A stretch of DNA of 64,000 nucleotides from Octopus sinensis (taxonomy: Eukaryota). The translations under genes and the position numbers were made by a program. The notes under the pieces were generated by a model. The model was given only the letters and a program-made list of their open reading frames with translations. It was not told the DNA's origin and did not search any database. Shown in pieces: positions 26,276 through 39,338 of the stretch; the stretch's first letter is position 1, and every line of letters starts with the position of its first letter. The stretch spans positions 113,956,001 to 114,020,000 of the forward strand of contig NC_043000.1 in assembly GCF_006345805.1 (NCBI RefSeq), in the 5' to 3' direction.

Positions 26276-26651
26276 TATAGATAAAAATGTCTGATAGATA
26301 GAAATATTTTACAAGATATTTTATTCAATCTTCAAACCATGATTTGGCTAATGATAGATACGAGAGGTTTCATGTAAAGACAGGCGTCTTTAAGCAGAGA
26401 GTTGAACCAAATTTAAACGACAGGACTGATCCTTCGTGCCCTTTTCTACGACTGGGCAACCTTTCTGCATAACCGAGTGTAAACCTGCGCATCGCTTGTG
26501 CAAAACAGCTCTGTCTGTATGGCTTAAATTGTTTAATGATATTTTCTGCTTAGGAAGGTCTGATTTTGCATGAAACCATCCTGCAACTTTGCTGGGCTTA
26601 AACATAAAAAATTTATAGACATGTATATCGAGCGCGTCCGTGATAGCTTAC

Positions 26652-26774
26652 CCTGAACGAAGTTTTATCAGCTATGGCACCCCAGAGGATACGGCCACCC
26701 GCATTACACAGGGACGCAAATGCCCCGACTAAAGAATGAAACTGGTCGTCTTGAATGAAAGTTTGTCCAAAAGC
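26652..26774 (-). CDS. MFS exon (AFGQTFIQDDQF...CNAGGRILWGAIADKTSFR)
   Basis: CTTTACAG acceptor, GTAAGC donor, 123 nt, phase 0/0; second motif-A repeat GRILWGAIADK. Confidence 0.9.
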
Positions 26775-27621
26775 CTGTAAAGATACAATTATAAAAATTT
26801 AAATGTTAACCGTCACACAAGATTTAAAAGAGAGAGAAGGGGAAGAAAGAAGGTGTGAGTAAGTGGTCACTGGTGCAGTAATTAAGGAATTAACTAATGA
26901 AGTCCCCACGGATATGACTATCTCGAGTCCTATGATTCGTAGGATAAGCTATCCGGTTTGCAAGGCGTGAAAATGACCGAGATCACTCTATCCACCCCTG
27001 AACGGGATGCCAGACCATTTTTAGCTGAGTGGACTGGATTAAAGTGGAATGAGATGTCCAGGAGTCGAAACTACGATCTTCAGTGATGGGAACAAGCACT
27101 TTAAACATTTGGCCACGCGCCTTCACTGTCATTGGAGTGCTTTCCAAAAGTTCATTAACGACCCGTAGGCGCAAGAGTGGCTGTGTGGTAAGTAGTTTGC
27201 TTACCAACCACATGATTCTGTGTTCAGTCCCACTGCGTGGCACTTGGGCTAGTATCTTCTACTATAGCCTCGGGCCGACCAGAGCCTTGTGAGTGGATTT
27301 GGTAGACGGAAACTGAAAGAAGCCCGTCGTATATATATATGTATATATAAATTAAGCAAAATAAAAACATGATGCCAAGGATTCAGCGGTACATATATTT
27401 CGGGCCTTTATTAGACGGATTTATAACAATGCATAATGTGCGTCTGTGGCCTTTTTCAGCCGCGCACAACTACTTCTTCAAGGACATGTATTACATCAAA
27501 AATTCTTGGTTGGGGATGCAAATCCTCTCATTCGCGTACGACGTAATGCGGCAACAGCATAAAAATGAAGCGTCCATCTCGTTCTTCTCTCAATGTAGAA
27601 TCATGTATATATGTATATATA

Positions 27622-27951
27622 AAGGGTAAAGACCCCCTTCGGTCACGAATGACCATGGGATTGCACCTAGAAAGTTACACTCCTAGACACAAGTCCGGGC
27701 AAGGTTGTTTATGGAAGACCAGCAGTCGCCCATGCATACCAGCCTCCCCTCTCCACGCCACCAGTGTTATCCAGGGAAAGACAAAGGTCGATACAGCTTG
27801 GCACCAGTGACGTCGCAACTCATTTCTACAGCTGAGTGAACTGGAGCAACGTGAAATAAAGTGCTTTGCTCAAGAACACAACATGCAGCCCGGTCCGGGA
27901 TTCGAGCTCACAACCTCACGATCGTAAGCTCGACGCTCTAACCACTGAGCC
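27622..27951 (-). mobile_element. tRNA-derived SINE, fourth family (CORE-like TTGAGCAAG..CACTTTAT)
   Basis: Head GGCTCAGTGGTTAGAGCGTCGAGCTTACGATCGTGAGG. Copies at 14975-15270, 30895-31215 and 57345-57650. Confidence 0.7.
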
Positions 27952-27982
<31 letters not shown>

Positions 27983-27989
27983 ATTGATC

Positions 27990-28273
27990 AAAATAAAAAC
28001 ATGATGCCAAGGATTCAGCGGTACATATGTTTCAGGCCTTTATTAGACAGATTTATAACAATGCATAATGTATGTCTGTGGCCTTCTTCAGCCGCGCACA
28101 ACAACTTCCACAAGGACATGTGTTACATCAAACACCCACTTAAGGAGCCTTAAAGATTTCCTGCATTCACTTAGGAACGATGATAGTCTTATCATACCCG
28201 CCGACAAGACTGGGAACTGGTATAGGTTGGACTACCAAACCTACAAATCGCTCATCATGAGGGAACTTAGCAA
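27990..28273 (+). mobile_element. Penelope-like element fragment (pre-RT region), truncated by the gap
   Basis: LKDFLHSLRNDDSLIIPADKTGNWYRLDYQTYKSLIMRELS matches the ADKTxNxY..Y..L motif N-terminal to PLE RT. Confidence 0.65.
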
Positions 28274-28373
28274 NNNNNNNNNNNNNNNNNNNNNNNNNNN
28301 NNNNNNNNNNNNNNNNNNNNNNNNNNNNNNNNNNNNNNNNNNNNNNNNNNNNNNNNNNNNNNNNNNNNNNNNN
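28274..28373. other. Assembly gap (100 N)
   Basis: Run of N; true size unknown. Confidence 1.
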
Positions 28374-28890
28374 TTACAAAGAATAAGTCCTGGGGTCGAT
28401 TTGCTCGACTAAAGGCGGTGCTCCAACATGGCCATAGTCAAATGACTGAAACAAGTAAAAGAGTAAAGAGAGTAAGAGTAAAATTTAAATCTTTGAAGGG
28501 TGAAGCTAAAAGTTAATGGGCGGAATCAAAAGCGTAATTATCACTATTATTGGTCAGGCTTGATCCGTTCTTTGTTACACTTGATCATGCCTGATTCCTA
28601 ACTACGATAGTTAAACCATTGTTTGTCATACATCGGGATCATTTGTTTAATACACTTATCCCTTGCTTTATAGATATATGACCCGTCACATTTGACACCT
28701 GCTTTGCTAAACATGATTCAGTAGTTATCATAACTGAACAAAGTTCATTAATTAATATTTTGATTAATCCATGGTTTAACATACTCGACCCATTGTTTGT
28801 TATGCTTTATTCGTCGTCTATCGATTTTGATCCCTTGTTTACCATCCCTGTTCTTAAGCCTGTCATGCTTGAGCTATTGTTCACTCATCA

Positions 28891-29127
28891 AAGGCGGCGA
28901 TCTGGTAGAATGGTTAGCGCGGCGGGCGAAATGCTTGGCGGTATTTCGTCTGTCGTTACGTTCTGAGTTCAAAATCCGCCGAGGTCGACTTTGCCTTTCA
29001 TCCTTTCGGGGTCGATTAATTAAGTACCAGTTACGCCCTGGGGTCGATATAATCGACTTAATCCCTTTGTCTGTCCTTGTTTGTTCCCTCTATGTTTAGC
29101 TCCTTGTGGGTAGTAAAGAAATATATA
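28891..29127 (+). mobile_element. tRNA-derived SINE with Deu/Nin-like core and 12-bp TSD
   Basis: Core GCCTTTCATCCTTTCGGGGTCGAT..AAGTACCAG; GTTCACTCATCA duplicated at 28879-28890 and 29128-29139. Other copies near 1830, 7230-7680, 20730-21050, 22535-22830, 60140-60350 and 63160-63340. Confidence 0.8.
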
Positions 29128-29664
29128 GTTCACTCATCATTCTATACATTGTTTTCCACAAATGGTTTACCCCACTCTTTCCATTTTTGCTATTTTTTGC
29201 TTGAGTCTATTCAATATTTTAATCATACCTGATCCCGCATTCACCTCACTTGATCCATGCTTTACTATTGATCCATGATTTATCATGAAGTGGATGAAAG
29301 CCATAGACTAAAATGTTTAACCCCATTGTCTCTCGTCTCTTTTTTTTTTTTAGATCCCAAGCTAAAAGTACGACACAACATTCGATGAAATTAAATCGTA
29401 AAATGGGAAAAGGAAGTAGAGGTGTTTATGGATTCCTTCTATACATTATTGCATCAAGAGAAACATCAAGTAGACGTGTTCAATACCAACCAGATATCGA
29501 AACCGTCATCCGAGACTCATTCACCGTAGTTATATATCGGATTTTTCTTTTACGGGTTTTGTAAGGGATCTGGGCTTTGACAAGGAAAATGGAAGAAAAA
29601 AATGGGAGAAGAAAGCGATGGGAACAGAAATAAAGAATACGAGTAAAGGAAAGCGAAAATGGAA

Positions 29665-29665
29665 G

Positions 29666-29752
<87 letters not shown>

Positions 29753-29790
29753 AGGAAAGAATGAAAGAAAGAAAGAAAGAAATGAATGAA
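29665..29790. repeat. (GAAA)n microsatellite beside the MFS exon-4 donor
   Basis: Directly visible. Confidence 0.95.
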
Positions 29791-29819
29791 GTGAAGTGTG
29801 GGAGATAAAAACTACTCAC

Positions 29820-29959
29820 TGTTCCCCATTCAGATCGATATCAGGACTGAGGTTTCTTGGGTTGATAAAACCTGTGATCACTTGGTTAAAAATGAAGGCC
29901 CCACCACCGTAACCCGCCACTACAAAACCGGCGACGAAACCTTTTCTGTGAGGCATCCA
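29820..29959 (-). CDS. MFS exon 4 (WMPHRKGFVAGFVVAGYGGGAFIFNQVITGFINPRNL)
   Basis: CTCTTAACAG acceptor, GTGAGT donor, 140 nt, phase 0 to 2; antiporter motif-C-like glycine-rich TM5. Confidence 0.9.
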
Positions 29960-30326
29960 CTGTTAAGAGAGAGACAATGAAAAGAAACAGAATATTTAGT
30001 GAAGATATTTGGCGTCGGAGAGTTTAGTAACATAACGATTCATTTACGTGTATGTGTGTGCGTATGTATGTACTTCTGTTAATACTTAAGAGAAGCAACA
30101 GAATGAAGCAAGGCCGTTGGCACTTAACAAATTTTCATAAGATCGATAAATGATAACGCACGAAACTATTAGTACTTGAGTCACCCAGTTGCTTCTGCTA
30201 AATATTCATAAAATATATATATATATATACTCATAGTTTGAGTTCTATTATTTTTTCTGTTAGCATTACCAAAACAGACAGACACACACACACACAAACA
30301 CACACATATAGTATATACAATATGTA

Positions 30327-30360
<34 letters not shown>

Positions 30361-30679
30361 CTCACGCACACACACACACACACACAAACAAACCTGTGCG
30401 CACGCACATACACGCACATACCTCCTTCTCTTGCACTCTCCTGTCTTTGAAAGAACTTTTCTTCACCCATCCCTTCAGGTCATTTCAATATGTGACCGCG
30501 TGTGTATCGTTGGCGATTTTCTTTCTCCGTCTTCCCTTCCTTGGACCTTTCTTTTTTTTCTATATTTCTGACGAAGAGCTCCGCTTGAAACGTGAAATCC
30601 TCTTTCTTTCTTTCCTTTCCTGAACGTCCAATAACACTATTCTTGTTCCATGTCCTCGCGTTGTTGTATTTTCTCTTTG

Positions 30680-30764
<85 letters not shown>

Positions 30765-32663
30765 TTAAAATCAAAGGTGCAGAAACGACGTACTCCGAAT
30801 GAATTAAAAGGTAATGTAATCCAATGCTAGAGTGAGAAATCCATGAATCAGGTACTCAAAAATAATCGGAAGAACCAGGATGGTTCGTGTGAGCGTGCAG
30901 TAGGAGCACTCCGTCGGTTACGACGACGAGGGTCCCAGCTGATTCGAGCAACGGAAATTAGCATGCAAGTGGCTGAGCACTCCACGGACACTTGTACCCT
31001 TAACGTAGTTCTCAGGGAGATTCAGCGTGACACAGAGTGTGACAAGGCTGGCCCCTTTGAAATGCAGGTACTACTCATTTTTGCCAGCTGAGTGGACTGG
31101 GGCAACATGAAATAAAGTGTCTTGCTCAAGGGCACAATGCGTCGCCGCGAATTGAACTCACGACCTTACGATCGTGAGCCGAATGCCCTAACCACTAAGC
31201 CACGCGCATTCACATGAGCGTGCAGTAAATAGTCAATTCAACGAACAAACAATTAAAAAAAAAACGAATTAAAAAAAAACGAAATGAGAAAGAAAACGTA
31301 AAGACGTGCACAAGAATTATATTAGTTTGACACTCGGTGAAAGGAAAGAGTTTTTAACGTTTCGAGCATGGCTCTTCGTCAGAATGGAGAAAGGGAAAAG
31401 TCCGAAGAGGAAGAAGGAAAATCGCCAACGGTTCACATTTAGTTACATTTCTGAAGTCCCGTTGACAAGGTAGACGAGGATGTTGGCAATTATTTAATCT
31501 TTGGGATAACGGAGATATCGCATGTATGTGACAGGATACAAACCGCGTACCTTTCGCTTACTTGTCTGTTACTTTAATCACACTACAGACTCTCCACTTG
31601 CCTCCCCCTAACGAAAATGAGTCAGTGACATTTTAGATATTGTCCTTCTCTTTTTCTCTTTCTCTTTTACTTGTTTCAGTCATTTGACTGCGGCTATGCT
31701 GGAGCACCGCCTTTAGTCGAGCAAATCAACTCCAGGACTTATTCTTTGTAAGCCTAGTACTTATTCTATCACTCTCTTTTGCCGAATATTTGTTGTTGAT
31801 CCTGGAATGACAAAAGAAAAAAGAATGTCGTCAAATTGGCAGGATTTAAGCTCTGAATATAAAACCCTTACAACTCGTCCGTCGTTATAATTCAGCGCAT
31901 TCCGGTTTCTGCGAATGCAGCGGCCTTCTGTATAATTTCAATAGAATGATCACTTATGTGAGGTTGGTTATTGTGTCTTTCTTTTGGAGAGAAAGTAGAT
32001 CTGTCGTGAAGACCGAGTTACACCTTGTTTAAAGATAAACAACTTTATATGAATTCTTTTCAGAGCTTAAAAACGAAGAAAATTGGTCGCCTTTTGATAC
32101 AAAAGTTTCTGTCGACCGTCCCCGCAAAAGGAAATGAAATCTTTGCACATTTATAAAAAAAAAATTGGAGGTGTATTTGTGCATTTATTGGGTAGATATA
32201 TTTATTCAATTTTAGCGAATAAAGCAAGGCCTTCTCTGAGAAATTAGCCTAGATATATAATAAGCATATAAGGACAATATAGCCTAGATATATGTAATAT
32301 GTATAGGCGCAGGAGTGGCTGTGTGGTAAGTAGCTTGCTTACCAACCACATGGTTCCGGGTTCATTCCCACTGCGTGGCACCTTGGGCAAGTGTCTTCTA
32401 CTATAGCCTCAGGCCGACCAAAGCCTTGTGAGTGGATTTGGTAGACGGAAACTGAAAGAAGCCCGTCGTATATATGTATATGTATGTATGTGTATGTGCG
32501 TGTATATGTTTATGTGTCTGTGTTTGTCTTCCAACATCGCTTGACAACCGATGTTGGTGTGTTTACGTCCCCGTAACATAGCGGTTCGGCAAAAGAGACC
32601 GACAGAATAAGTACTATTTTTATTATCATTATTATTATCATCATCATCATCATCATCATAATT

Positions 32664-33284
32664 CAGTAGTTTTATTTTTATAGCGTGCATTCACTTCACT
32701 ACCGAGCGCAGCTCTGTGTGCCTTGGGTTATGTGCTGTGATTTGTTGTGATGTTCTGATGGTTATTGTATAGAAAGTGTTCTGCGTAGGATGTGTGCAGT
32801 GCCTAGTAGTGCAATTTTCTGTATGTTATATGTGTTTGTAAGTCCTGGTGTTTTTGTTATGTATTTGTCTAAATATTTTTTTATCATGCCTAATGCACCT
32901 ACTATGATAGGAATTGTTTGTTTTTAGATTCCACATTCGACTTACCTCTATTTCCAGGTCTTTGTATTTTCAAAGTTTCTCCATTTCTTTTAGAGACACG
33001 TTGTCATCTGCTGGCATTGATACATCAATTAGAAAGCATCTTTTTCTTCATGATCTCTGACAACTCTATCTGGTCTGTTGGCCTTAATTTCTCTATCTGT
33101 GTGTATTAGCATATCCCAGAGTATGGTTGCTTCCTCGTTTTCTGTGACCTTTTCTGGGGTGTGCCTATACCATCTTCTTTCTGTTGTTATTCCATAATGT
33201 TGGCATAGCTTCCAGTGTATGAAGGTCCCAACTCTGTTGTGTCTGTGAATATATTCCTTCTTAGCCAGGACTGGGCAGCCAGAG
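32664..33284 (-). mobile_element. 5'-truncated copy of the same R4/Dong element
   Basis: Highly similar to the 3' part of the full copy; begins at SGCPVLAKKEY; flanked by TAA/TGA repeats. Confidence 0.85.
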
Positions 33285-33311
33285 ATTATTATTATTATTA
33301 TTATTATTATT

Positions 33312-33345
<34 letters not shown>

Positions 33346-33390
33346 TTATTTTTATCATTATTATTATTATCATTATTATTATTATTATTG

Positions 33391-33421
<31 letters not shown>

Positions 33422-33570
33422 GGTTTTATTATTATTATTATTATTATTTTTATTATATATTATTGTTGTTGTGTTGTTGTTTTATTATATTATGTTTTTA
33501 TTATTATTATATTATTGTTTTTATTATTATTATTTTATTATTATTATCATTATTATTATTATTATTATAC
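33285..33570. repeat. (TAT/TGT)n microsatellite; similar (TAA)n tracts at 3240-3330, 3470-3555, 34520-34590 and 38160-38278
   Basis: Directly visible. Confidence 0.95.
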
Positions 33571-34500
33571 GAGCCACAGGAGCGGTGGATGTTCTATTTA
33601 AGCAATATATAGATTAGTGGTGGGGAAGTGCGACGATGTCCTCGGGAACACCCTGGGCGTCGATGAAAACGAACTAGCTAATCTGTTCCAGAGAACTTTA
33701 CAGTCGGGGACTACTATACATAATTTCCAGATGTTCTTGACCTGGTACTACTACCGGGGGAAGGGGACGCTACCGGTTCGAGATAAACTCTACAGGTACG
33801 GATGGTCTGTCAGACGGGCCTATCCGAGGTGCGCGTAGAGCAACGAAACCGTTCTGCAGGTACTCTTTCAATGTCCAAGCATTGCTGACTTGTCATGAGT
33901 GGGACAGATGCGTCTATCGGCTGAGTTCATAATCATAGTTGCTTCGTTTCCCTCCTTTAATCGGGCAGGCAAAGCAGTTTTTCTCCACCTGATGGTGAAA
34001 GAGGTTGTTTGGCGGGCGAGGCTGAAAGGAACGAGGATAGAGACATTCCCCTTTGGGAGAGCCGTCGTCGACTTTTTCAAGTTTCACCTGAAAAGGAAAT
34101 TGTGGGTAGAAAGAGAAGTGCTGCCCTCAAGAAAATTTATTGAAAGGTGGGTGAAAATTGCTAAAATGGCAAGAGTAGTTGATAACGCTGTAAGTGTAGA
34201 TCTATGAGTCGGAGTAAAGGAAATGGAGAGGGCGCACTTGCCCTTGGTGTTCAAGAAGATGTTGGACGGTAGGGCTTCTCGATTATCTCAAGAGGACATC
34301 CTGTATCAGGAGGACCACATCACTATCATCTGTTTTCCTTCTTCTCTTGTACTATGCTATGTATATTTCCATTCTCTTTTACTATATACTGTATATACTG
34401 TCCTTTCTCCTTTTTTTTTTCATTATATGTAAACACTCACATTTTATGTCTGTTTTCATATTGTTTCCCTCATCCTTCGCCCTGGTGGCAAATAAAAGAA
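33571..34500 (+). mobile_element. Tx1/L1-like LINE 3' fragment (zf-RVT-like region)
   Basis: LPVRDKLYRYG...PRC followed by the KEVVW..R..FFKFHLKRKL..ERE motif; AATAAA-bearing tail. Confidence 0.6.
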
Positions 34501-34520
34501 ACCACCATCATCATCATCAC

Positions 34521-34590
<70 letters not shown>

Positions 34591-34593
<3 letters not shown>

Positions 34594-37500
34594 TAGTTTT
34601 ATTTTTATAGCGTGCTTTCACTTCACTACCGAGCACAGCTCTGTGTGCCTTGGGTATGTGCTGTGATTGTTGTGATGCTCTGATGGTTATTGTATGGAAA
34701 GTGTTCTGCGTAGGATGTGTGCAGTGCCTAGTAGTGCAATTTTCTGTATTTATATGTGTTTGTAAGTCCTGGTGTTTTTGTTATGTATTTGTCTGAATAT
34801 TTTTTTATCATGCCTAATGCACCTACTATAATAGGAATTGTTTCTGTTTTTCAGATTCCACATTCTAGTTACCTCTATTTCCAGGTCTTTGTATTTTGAG
34901 AGTTTCTCCATTTCTTTTAGAGACACGTTGTCATCAGCCGGTATTGATACATCAATAGAAAGCATTTTTTTCCTTCATGATCTCTGACAACTCTATCTGG
35001 TCTGTTGGCCTTAATTTCTCTATCTGTGTGTATCGGCATATCCGAGAGTATGGTTGCTTTCTCGTTTTCTGTGACCTTTTCTGGTGTGTGCCTATACCAT
35101 CTTTTTTCTGTTGTTATTCATAAGTTGGTATAGCTTCCAATGTATGTAGGTTCCAACTCTGTCATGTCTGTGAATATATTCCTTCTTAGCCAAGACTGGG
35201 CAGCTAGAGATAATATGATTTATTGTTTCTTGTCCATCTCCACATATTCTGCAGTTACTTGTAATATTTCTTTTCATTACATGTTTTTGTAATTTCTGGT
35301 GGGGAGACTTTGGTCTTGTGCTGCAATTAAAAATCCCTCTGTTTCTGCTTTGAGTCCTGAGCTTCTCAACCATTGCTGGGATTTTTCTTTGTCTATTTCT
35401 TTTGCGTTTAGTTTAGTCCAGTATTTACCATGAAGGGGCTTTTCTTGCCATCGTTTTTATCATGGTTCGTTGCTGTTCTATTTTTAGTTTGGATTTCATT
35501 TGTTTAGTTTTGTTTTTTCTTTTTTTTTTTCTCCTTCTTCTTCTTCTTCATGTTTATTAGGTGGTATGATTTCTTGTTTGTATTTGTCAGCTTCCTTAAA
35601 TACTGAGAATAGTTTTTTGTTTTGCTCGTGTGTTTGCCGCTATCTGGATCAGTTTTCCTTCCTTCTGAAGTAGATATTTTTGCAGTCCTATGGTGGTTAT
35701 TTTATAGTAGTTTTCCAGCTGTATAAGGCCTCTACCACCTTCTATACGTTGTATATATAGTCTTTCTATGTCAGATTTTGGGTGATGCATCCTAGATCCT
35801 GTCATTATTTTTCTTGTTTTCCTATCTATTTTGGTCAGTTCATTTCGTGTCCAGTTAAGGATATTGTAGCTGTAACTTAAATGGGACAGCTAAAGTGTTG
35901 ATACCTATTATCTTGTTTTTAGCATGAGCTCTGTGTTTAGTATTGATCTAACTCGTCTATAATATTCTTTTTTTATTTCTCTTTCATTTGTGTGTGTTGT
36001 GTCTTATCTAGTTCATGGATTCTAAGTATTTGTAAGTTTGGCTTTGGTCTAATTCTTTTATTTCATTGGTTTTATCTAGTGTGATGTTGTTACTCTTAAC
36101 TATTTTCCCTCTTTTCATGGTTACTTTGGCGCATTTTTCTAATCCAAATTTCATATATTTCTTTGGTAAATCCATGAACTGTCTTTAATAGTGTTTTCCA
36201 GCTGTTTGTCATTTGCAGCGTATAGTTTTAGGTCATCCATATATAAAAGGTGGCTGGCTGATCGTTTTGCCGTAACATTATATCCGCATCCAGTTCTATT
36301 TAGCATATCAGATAGAGGTGACAGTGCCAAGCAGAAAAGGAGTGGAGAGAGCGTGTCTCCCTGGAATATTCCTCTTCTAATGGGGATGTCTTTGGTTTTC
36401 ATGAGTCCCTCTTTTGTTTGGAGGTGTAGGACTGTTTGCCATTTATTCATAGAGTGCTCTATGAATTTTATGATTGTTGGTGCTACTTTGTTAATGGTAG
36501 CTAGTGTTTCGAGGATCCATGTGTGGGGATGCTATCAAAGCGCTTTTTGTAGTCAATCCAGGCCATATTGAGCCTTTCTTCTTTCTGTGGCTGTCTTCAG
36601 TTATGGCTTTATTAATCATTAGTTGATCTTTACAGCCATATGAGCCTTTGCGGCATCCTTTCTGCTCTTCTGGGAACAGTTTGTTTTCGTCCAGGTGCTT
36701 GTTCAGCCTTTGTGATATCACTGCAGTAAATGCCTTGAACATAGTAGGGAGGCAGGTTATTGGTCTGTAGTTTTCTGGTTTTTCTGTTTCATTTGATTTG
36801 GAATTAAGATGGTTTCCCTTCGTGAGCCATTCAGCCATTGTCTCTGGCTCTGCTAGTACGTTGTTAAAGTTTTCAGCCAGCTTTTTGTGCATTCCTGTTA
36901 GATATTTCAACCAGAAGTTGGGGGTCTTGTCATGCCCAGGTGCCTTCCAGTTGCTTAGTCTTTGCAGTGCCTGGGTGACCTTCTTCAGGTTATGGAGGTC
37001 CAAAGTTGTTCAGATGCCGAGTTTGTTATTCTGATACTCCTTTTTTTGGTGGTTCGTTCGCCGACCATTTTCTCCCAGAATTCTTCCAATTCTTCTCGTT
37101 GGTGATGCCGTTGTATTTTTTTTTTTCTCAGTTCTGGTAGAACTTTTTGGGGTTGGAGTTGAACTTTTTGTTTTCTTCAAAGAAGCGTTGGCGTTTCTTG
37201 TACCGGCGGATCCTTTGTGCTTTGGCAAGGATATCTTGCTTCAGCTTTTCTTTTATTTCAGGCAAATCTTTCTCTGTGATGTTATATTTGCGGAGTATTT
37301 TGTTCTCTTTTTGTTGCTCAGTAGCGTTGATTGTTTGCTGATTTCATTAAGAATCGACAGGTCTTTTCTAATTTTTTTATTTTGCTTTGGATGTTATTTA
37401 TCCACAGGGTTTGTTTGGGTGGTGGTACTCCTGTTTGGGCGGGGTGTGGGTTTGGGTGAGTATCCAGCCTCTTTGTGGCTGCAGTGGCTGCTGCGTATAT

Positions 37501-38158
37501 TAGGTTATTTAGCTCAGTGATATCATTTTTTTTATTCAGTGGCTATCAGTTCAGTGACGGCTAGGTTTATGCTGTTATAATAGGTGTTGTTATTTTGTTT
37601 ATTTGATTCTTGGGAGGTATGGTCGGTGGTCCATTTTGAGCTCTGTGGTTTTCAGTTCTTTGATTATTTTATTTTTTATATTATCATAATCATTAGGCTC
37701 CCCTTCGTTGTTTACATCGTGTTTGTTGGGAATGTTGCGTTTGTCTTCGTGTTTTACAGTTTCAGTGTTTATATTATTGGGCATTGTTGTGTGGCTTCTA
37801 TCTACATGTCCTTTTCCGGTGTATGTTTTCTTTTAGGTGTTCTATTTCTATTTCTGATATTTTTTTTGTGTTGAGAATGTATCTTCGTACGTTAGCTAAT
37901 TTATTAGGGTTCATTGCTGTATCCAAGTCTATATCTCTATTATTTTCCTTCCATATTTTATATGTATGTGTTGTTGTATTTTCATTTTTTGGGTAGAGTA
38001 CTGCTGTGTAGTATGGTGTGTAAGATAGAAATGTTATTCCTCACGTGTCCATTTACGTCTTTTGGGTTTTATTTGCGGGACATGAGGTACAACGTCCGGC
38101 CCATTATTTTGACGGTCGTCATTTTCGTAGGGTACCGGTCCGTTTCTTTCTGTTGTCA

Positions 38159-38159
<1 letters not shown>
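34591..38159 (-). mobile_element. Near-full-length R4/Dong-clade non-LTR retrotransposon (decayed)
   Basis: In order on -: RRKWTREE N-terminus; RT (KAPGHD, NYRPITCL, GIFQGDTLSPLLF, YMDDLKLY); RLYIQRIEGGRGL; CRIC..ETINHIISSC knuckle; restriction-like endonuclease (PD..IDVSIP..KEMEKLSKYKDL). Flanked by (TAA)n on both sides. Confidence 0.9.
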
Positions 38160-38192
<33 letters not shown>

Positions 38193-38214
38193 ACTATTAT
38201 TATTATTATTATTA

Positions 38215-38259
<45 letters not shown>

Positions 38260-38278
38260 TATTATTATTATTATTATA

Positions 38279-38830
38279 AGGCGGCGAACTGGCAGAAACG
38301 TTAGCACGCCGGGTGAAATGTGTAGCCGTATTTCGTCTGCCGTTACGTTCTGAGTTCAAATTCCGCCGTGGTCGACTTTACCTTTCATCATTTCGGGGTC
38401 GATAAATAAGTACCAGTTACGCACTGGGGTCGATGTAATCGACTTAATCCGTTTGTCTGTACTTGTTTGTCCCCTCTATGTTTAGCCCCTTGTGAGCAAT
38501 AAAGAAATAGGTATTTCGCCCGCCTTACATTCTGAGTTCAAAGTCCGCCGAGGTCGACTTTGCCTTTCATCTTTTCGGGGTCGATAAATTAAGTACCAGT
38601 TGCGTACTGGGGTCGATCTAATCGACTTGACCCTCCACCCCACAAAATTTCGGGCCTTGTGCCTAGAGTAGAAAAGAATAGGCTTAGCGGTATTTCGCCC
38701 GTCTTTACGTTCTGAGTTCAAACTCCGCCGAGGTTGACTTTGTCTTTCATCCCTTCGTGGTCAATAAATTAAGTAGCAGTAAAACACTGAGGTCGATATA
38801 AACGACTGGTCTACTCCCCTAAATTTTAGG
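38279..38830 (+). mobile_element. Trimeric array of the Deu/Nin-like SINE
   Basis: One tRNA head followed by three core-containing units. Confidence 0.75.
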
Positions 38831-39338
38831 CCTTGTACCTAAAATTATTATTATTATTATTATTATTATTGAGTTGTCATTGTGTGAGTGATGTGTGTGT
38901 GTGTGTGGGGTCTTTGTGTATATGTTTGTTCCCCGCTCGCCACTTGATAACCGGTGTTGGTGTGTTTACGTCCCCGTAACTTAGCGGTTCGGCAATAGAG
39001 ACCGATAGAATAAGTACCAGGCTTCAAAGAATAAGTACAGGGGGCGATTCGTTTGACTAAAAAAATTTTAATCCCAGAAGATCTTCGCCATTCAGGCAGA
39101 TCTCCGCCATCTTGGCAAATCACAGCATCCTGCTTATCGTTAATTAATGAGACTGTGCAGAGAGTAAAGAGTGAGAAAAATCCCAGGAACCGGAAATATA
39201 GCCTCACATCAATTCACTGGTGTATGCTGGGACGGAATGAAGCAGTTTTATCAAATATGGGAAGAAAAGAACAAAGAAAAAAAAAGATGGAGAAATAAAG
39301 GAAGGAAGGAAGGAAGGAAATACATAAATTTGTCTCAC

